DNA of 64,000 bases from positions 32,001 through 96,000 of the forward strand of contig JBBSVN010000005.1 of NCBI GenBank assembly GCA_038046765.1. The letters run 5' to 3'. Origin of the DNA: Candidatus Micrarchaeota archaeon. Lineage in GTDB: Archaea; Micrarchaeota; Micrarchaeia; Anstonellales; Bilamarchaeaceae. Below are positions 59,237 to 64,000 of the stretch, in pieces. Both the position numbers and the translations under genes were made by a program. The notes beneath the pieces are model-generated. The model did not search any database. It was not told the origin of the DNA and saw only the letters and a program-made list of their open reading frames with translations. Positions within the stretch are counted from its first letter, which is position 1; each line of letters begins with the position of its first letter.

Positions 59237-59313
59237 CGACTGACGCGACCGTTATTTTATACTAAGTGTCGCGTCCTACAAGTCTGTAATAAGAAGAGCC
59301 TCTTTTTTCTTAG
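59237..59313 (+). ncRNA. Copy D of leader RNA motif (upstream of tRNA-Cys)
   Basis: CGACT-GACGCGAC...GTCGCGTC-CTACAAGTCTGTAA-TAAGAA/TTCTTA. Confidence 0.75.
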
Positions 59314-59342
59314 TAAAGAGTATGTAGTAAGTTTATACTAAC

Positions 59343-59544
59343 GCCGGGTTGGCAGATCGGCTATGCCGCCGCCTGCAAACTCCTTTAATTGCTTAGGGTC
59401 AAACCTAGCTTCTAAAGTTGATGTTTTAAAGGCACTTATGTGATACTTTGTATTACCGTAAGATTCCGCTTTTATGAGGTAAGCGCAAGTTTACCAATGA
59501 TATTTAGAAAGCGGCTTAGACAGGTTCAACTCCTGTACCCGGCT
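59343..59544 (+). tRNA. tRNA-Cys(GCA) with 131-nt intron (59379-59509, 37/38)
   Basis: GCCGGGT/ACCCGGC acceptor, GCCGC-CT-GCA-AA-GCGGC, U73. Confidence 0.9.
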
Positions 59545-59690
59545 TAATTTATTTTTATAATTGATCGTTTAGCGTTTTCAAGTTTCGAGTTTTGTGTTTA
59601 GTATTTTGTTGATTAATCTAGATACCGGGTAGAATTAAAAGCTTTTGCACACTAATTTTAATTATTAACAACTACTTAAGAGCTGATTTT

Positions 59691-60466
59691 ATGTCAAGAA
59701 AATTACGCGTAGCGATATTAGGATGCGAACCAAAAGAGCAACTCTACTTCCTCATAGGGGAAAACAATGTTTTTCAATGGCGATTCTAGCAGATAACCTT
59801 AGCGAAATGTCTTCTAAAGTTGGTTTTAAAATTCAGCCAACAATTTACTGGGTCGCAAACGGAGCACAATTTCCTAGAATAATTTCAAATACATTTGATG
59901 CAGTTGTAACTACGGGTTCACAGTTAAACTTAGATAAAGAAAGCATACCTCTAAATCCATGGTATCAAAACCTCTTTGAGTTTATTCGTTCAGTAAGGCA
60001 TCAAAGAATTCCAATGCTCGGAATATGTTTTGGACATCAGGCAATTGCAGCCGCATTTGGAGTTGAAGTAATTACCAATCCGATTAAACCACAAACAGAA
60101 ATCGGCTTTGCACCAGTTACTTTGACTATAGAAGGAAGAGGAAGCGGATTACTCTCTGGTCTGCCAAGAGATCATTTTGATGCGCTTTTCTCACATTCTT
60201 ATTGTATTACAACTGTTCCACACGGAGCACAAACTTTAGCCATAGGACATGGCAAAATGATTCATGCTTTTAGTTTAGATCTTTTGTATGGAGTTCAGTT
60301 CCATCCGGAAATTTCACCTGATGTCATAAAACATATTGCAGAATTGCGGGCAGAAAAACTTGCGAAACAGGGAATAAAACGAGTAAAAACTGAAATCGAA
60401 AGAAGAGTAGATCATACTGTTCTAGAAAACTTTGTTAAGATGGCTGCGAGAATGCGGGAATTATAA
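59691..60466 (+). CDS. Class I glutamine amidotransferase-like protein; probable N-terminus (59691) is out of frame with the main ORF
   Basis: MSRKLRVAILGCEPK in one frame; TGS, LGICFGHQ, EIG, GVQFHPE in another. Confidence 0.8.
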
Positions 60467-60470
60467 TTTT

Positions 60471-61097
60471 TCATTTCTTCCAAACCCAAAAGTGTCCTTT
60501 GTGATGCAAACGTTTTCCTAAGGTAGTTTCGCTATAATGTAGTAACTTTAAGTTCGCGTAGTTCGTTTCTATTTCTTCTTTATTTCGATAATACATAATA
60601 TTTCCAAACTTTCCAGTTGCACTAGATTTGCTCTGTGAATGTTCGTCCTTATCAGAATAGCAAACGAGTGCAAGAATTCCGTCCTTATCTAAAAGAGAAA
60701 TTTCTTTTTTTGTGTAATGTAAAATATCATCTGGAGTAATATGGTGCATAATTGAATAATCAAAAATAAAATCAAACTTCTTTTCTTCAAACGAATATTC
60801 TAAGAAATCTCCAGTAATAAAATTTATTTTTACTTCCGCAACCTTCGCTTTCTCTTTTGCAATTTTAATTGCTTTTTCTGAAATATCTATCGCAGTAACA
60901 TCAAAACCAAGCTTTGCTAAATAAATAGAATAATTACCTGAACCGCATGCAATATCCAAAATTCGCGAACCGGTTACAAACTTATTTTTTAAAATAAAAT
61001 CTAATTCTACGGGGTGTTTTTCTATTTCCCAAGGAATATCTTCAAGTTTTTTAGAATACATTTTTTGCCAATAATCTGCTTTATCTGCATTAACCAT
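60471..61097 (-). CDS. Class I SAM-dependent methyltransferase
   Basis: IPWE, LDIACGSG, DISEKAI, FDFIFD. Confidence 0.9.
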   Translation of the reverse strand: MVNADKADYWQKMYSKKLEDIPWEIEKHPVELDFILKNKFVTGSRILDIACGSGNYSIYLAKLGFDVTAIDISEKAIKIAKEKAKVAEVKINFITGDFLEYSFEEKKFDFIFDYSIMHHITPDDILHYTKKEISLLDKDGILALVCYSDKDEHSQSKSSATGKFGNIMYYRNKEEIETNYANLKLLHYSETTLGKRLHHKGHFWVWKK

Positions 61098-61150
61098 AAA
61101 TAATAATTAAATACTAACGTTTATTAAGAAGTTCCGTTATATACTATATT

Positions 61151-61465
61151 ATGTCAAGAAGAAGTCTAAACAAGGAATTAGCAAGCGAAAAAGTGGAAAT
61201 ACATTTTTATCTGGTTAGTATAAAAGATGGACAAAAAATCTTAAAACCCCTTAAATTTACAACAAAAATTTCACTAGGTTTAGTTCGAGCGATATCAGCA
61301 GATACTGTAATTCCTACTTTTTATGATACACTATCAGATAATCTAAGAGAGCGTGGCGTAAAGGATGGTTCAACCGTTCAATTACGTGCAAAGTTTAGTC
61401 CAGGGCACGAAATGTTTGACCCATCTTTAAAAGGAACAAAAGTAATCTGCGAAGCTAAAGTTTAA
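61151..61465 (+). CDS. Hypothetical protein
   Basis: 104-aa ORF. Confidence 0.5.
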   Translation: MSRRSLNKELASEKVEIHFYLVSIKDGQKILKPLKFTTKISLGLVRAISADTVIPTFYDTLSDNLRERGVKDGSTVQLRAKFSPGHEMFDPSLKGTKVICEAKV

Positions 61466-61466
61466 T

Positions 61467-62120
61467 TTATTCTTTTTCTATAATTTGAATTAATTGAGCT
61501 ATTCCTAAATTTGTTGGAGCGTGCAGTCTTATTGTCTCTCTTAACATGCTGGTAATATCCGAAGTCGGAGATCCGAATTGACTAGGTTCATCTATTGCTA
61601 ACATTCCTAAAACATGTAAAACTGATCCTTCTAAATCTGCAATTATTCTTCCTTCAACTACTGCTTCAGTACATAAATAATTTAACATTCTTCTTACATA
61701 CATTTCAGAAAGCACAGTCATCCCATTTGCGCTAATATGCGGTTGTTCGATCTGTAGTTTGGCAGAATAAATTCCATTTCCTGCATCTTCTGCATATTCG
61801 TGTGTATGCTCGTATTGGGCAAATGCCCGGACGTAGTTGTATACTAAGTGCCATTTTGCAAAAGAAAAAGGCACGGTTAGTGAAAGTTCTGCAGTTATTT
61901 CTGTTATGTCTTCTTGTGCAGATTTTCCTTCAATGTAGACATCTAGAATTATTTTGGCACTTCCAAAACCATTTAGTTTGTTACTATTAATTAAAATTAT
62001 GCCTTCACTTGTTTCTTCTTTTCTAAACCCTTTTTGTAATAATCCTTTCTCGAAAGTTGCGAGTGCTTCTTTTGGCAATCTCATTTTTTTCCTATCTGTC
62101 GTTGATTGATTTATAATCAT
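61467..62120 (-). CDS. Hypothetical protein
   Basis: 217-aa ORF with AGGTGA RBS. Confidence 0.55.
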   Translation of the reverse strand: MIINQSTTDRKKMRLPKEALATFEKGLLQKGFRKEETSEGIILINSNKLNGFGSAKIILDVYIEGKSAQEDITEITAELSLTVPFSFAKWHLVYNYVRAFAQYEHTHEYAEDAGNGIYSAKLQIEQPHISANGMTVLSEMYVRRMLNYLCTEAVVEGRIIADLEGSVLHVLGMLAIDEPSQFGSPTSDITSMLRETIRLHAPTNLGIAQLIQIIEKE

Positions 62121-62137
62121 AATAATTCACCTTCAAT

Positions 62138-62791
62138 TTAATCTTTATGTTCATGCTGGTATAAACTAACTAATCTTGAAATTAATATTGCAACATACAA
62201 AACTCCGGTTACTGATTCTAAAATCGCTGCTGCCCGTCCGATCGAATTAGTTGATACAATATCGCCATATCCAGTAGTTGTAAGGGTTGTATAACTAAAA
62301 TAAATTAAATCTGAACGCGCGGTTAAGCTTTCTTTATACGAAAATATAAATGTTCCAGGTATAAATTGTTCAATTGTCAGATAGACCGTTGACCAGGCTA
62401 CACCAATAAGTATGTAAACGCAAATTGCAGCGTAAATTACATTGTTATCTACTTTATCTGCGTGAGTTATGTATTTTAGAAGTCTAGTTATTGTGAATGC
62501 ATAAAATAACATTGAAAATATATAATTTAAAAGATGAAACAGTTGATCGCGTTGAAATATTATTACTGCAATCACACTAAGAAAAGCTGGGACACCTAGT
62601 GCAATTGAAATGATTAAATCTCGTTTTGATGTACTAACTGCATATACTCCGCTTATTAAAATGAATGCGAAAACTGCCTGAATTATTACTTCTTGTATTC
62701 CTCCTCCTTCAAGGAAAGGGTAAAGTATCATGGAGGCGATTAGCGAAATTAATAGAAATAACATTTTATCTTCTAAATGTAGAAATGACAT
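62138..62791 (-). CDS. Potassium channel family protein
   Basis: YFSYTTLTTTGYGDI selectivity filter. Confidence 0.9.
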   Translation of the reverse strand: MSFLHLEDKMLFLLISLIASMILYPFLEGGGIQEVIIQAVFAFILISGVYAVSTSKRDLIISIALGVPAFLSVIAVIIFQRDQLFHLLNYIFSMLFYAFTITRLLKYITHADKVDNNVIYAAICVYILIGVAWSTVYLTIEQFIPGTFIFSYKESLTARSDLIYFSYTTLTTTGYGDIVSTNSIGRAAAILESVTGVLYVAILISRLVSLYQHEHKD

Positions 62792-62833
62792 AAACTAATT
62801 ACAATTTCTAAATTTTAAAAATGTTTCTACAGT

Positions 62834-63646
62834 TTGAAACACTTTTCTAAACATTTAAAAATCGTATTAGGCATTAAATATTCCTGTTATGGTGAACAAA
62901 TGAAAGTTAAAGAACTAGTCAAAAGATGTTTTCTTACTTGCGATCAAAAATCTTATGCTCAATTTATGCGAAGATTAAAACTCTTAGAAAAAGAACCCGC
63001 ACTAACCGCAACAGATGGAGCAATAAAATTTTCTGGTTGGTTAAATTCGCTAATCGGTAAACGCTTAGGCGTTCTAATTGCAAGTAAGCTTACTGATCGA
63101 AGTGATAAAATTGCCCGTCAAATTTCGCCATACATTCCTAGTTGGAGTAATGTTTTAGATTTTGGTTGCGGAGACGGAATTGTAGGCCAAAAAATCAGCG
63201 GATTTGCGCGCGTAAGTTTAGCTGATGTAGTAAACTATAATCGAACTAATTTACCATTTTCTTTATTTGATGGAAAATCCTTGTCACTTAAAGATGAGTC
63301 GTTTGATCGCGTGTTGCTTTTAACTGTTTTACATCATGCAAAAGATCCATTAGCTACCCTTAGGGAAGCGACAAGAGTGTGTAAAATTGGCGGGAAATTA
63401 ATTGTGATCGAATCCATTTATTTTAACCAACCTCATAAAATATTCAATCGATTTGCAGATTGGCTTTATAATAATGTTTTTAATGACCCAAGAATCCCCG
63501 TTCCCTGGAATTTTATGACTGCAGGAGGATGGGAAATATTATTTAAAGAATTTGGGTTAAAAACTGTAGAAATGGTTCACTTGGGAATAGATCAACCTAT
63601 TGTTCCTGAATGGCATGTTTTATTTGTACTGGAGAAGACGAGCTAA
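62834..63646 (+). CDS. Class I SAM-dependent methyltransferase
   Basis: LDFGCGDG, SFD.V, VLHH, EATRV. Confidence 0.88.
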   Translation: MKHFSKHLKIVLGIKYSCYGEQMKVKELVKRCFLTCDQKSYAQFMRRLKLLEKEPALTATDGAIKFSGWLNSLIGKRLGVLIASKLTDRSDKIARQISPYIPSWSNVLDFGCGDGIVGQKISGFARVSLADVVNYNRTNLPFSLFDGKSLSLKDESFDRVLLLTVLHHAKDPLATLREATRVCKIGGKLIVIESIYFNQPHKIFNRFADWLYNNVFNDPRIPVPWNFMTAGGWEILFKEFGLKTVEMVHLGIDQPIVPEWHVLFVLEKTS

Positions 63647-63711
63647 GTTTGCCGGTACATTTTTACCATAAAAAATAACTTTATTAATCATTTCCTATAT
63701 AAAATAATGTT

Positions 63712-64000
63712 ATGAAACTGTCAGTTGCAGATGGGCGTCACACTATTGCGAGGTGGCGGCCTAATGGTTCTTCTATATCTGGTTTTATTTTACCAATAGA
63801 AAATGCAGCAATATGCTCTAGAGGGTATTTGCCATTGCCTTTATTTGAGCGTAGTAGCGCAATAATGGCGGGTTGCTCCTCAAAATCTGGTCTAATGCCC
63901 GTTACTCTATCTGAAAATGCTCAAAATAGAAGGGTAATATTCGAAGCTAAAGAAAGCTCGGATTTTTTTATTGAACTGACTAAGGGTGGTATAAAAATAT
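63712..64000 (+). CDS. Partial hypothetical protein running off the window
   Basis: Open frame MKLSVADGRH... to window end. Confidence 0.45.
   Translation, partial: MKLSVADGRHTIARWRPNGSSISGFILPIENAAICSRGYLPLPLFERSSAIMAGCSSKSGLMPVTLSENAQNRRVIFEAKESSDFFIELTKGGIKI

Noticed and set aside
59237..59313. Leader motif as hammerhead, twister or HDV/theta ribozyme
   Set aside because: Lacks CUGANGA/GAAA; the UACAAG resemblance to twister lacks the flanking stem; the copies lie 5' of tRNAs rather than at 3' ends.
1..64000. CRISPR array or cas genes
   Set aside because: No regularly spaced 25-40 bp repeats with unique spacers and no cas-like ORF seen.

Overview
AT-rich archaeal chromosomal segment. 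It carries FEN1, SRP54, archaeal ThrRS, a CCA-adding enzyme, two PurP-family genes, TPI, SecD/SecF, gyrase, HARP, an Rnl3-type RNA ligase and RNase P RNA. Gene content and intron-rich tRNAs suggest a DPANN/Micrarchaeota-like organism (inference). The most striking signals are at the RNA level. (1) All six tRNA genes are interrupted, with nine bulge-helix-bulge (BHB)-type introns in total, four at non-canonical positions. (2) uppS is split inside its catalytic IPDGNRRW motif by a 40-nt insertion whose BHB-type cleavage exactly restores the frame, i.e. a candidate archaeal mRNA intron. It lies directly next to a free-standing LAGLIDADG endonuclease, and there are two weaker mRNA-intron candidates. 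(3) A structured RNA motif I do not recognise, with covarying stems, occurs four times (plus one partial copy) in the leaders of tRNA-Met, tRNA-Gly, tRNA-Cys, thrS and SRP54. (4) Two distant paralogous HTH genes share the same +1 frame break after GGGTGTTTAGAAA, suggesting programmed recoding. Also present: a GyrA intein, an apparently catalytically dead glutamine synthetase, a circularly permuted DsbA, a sigma70-region-4 fusion, a palindromic-repeat-flanked ATPase and a probable DUF3800-associated small RNA. All calls are by eye; no searches were run.
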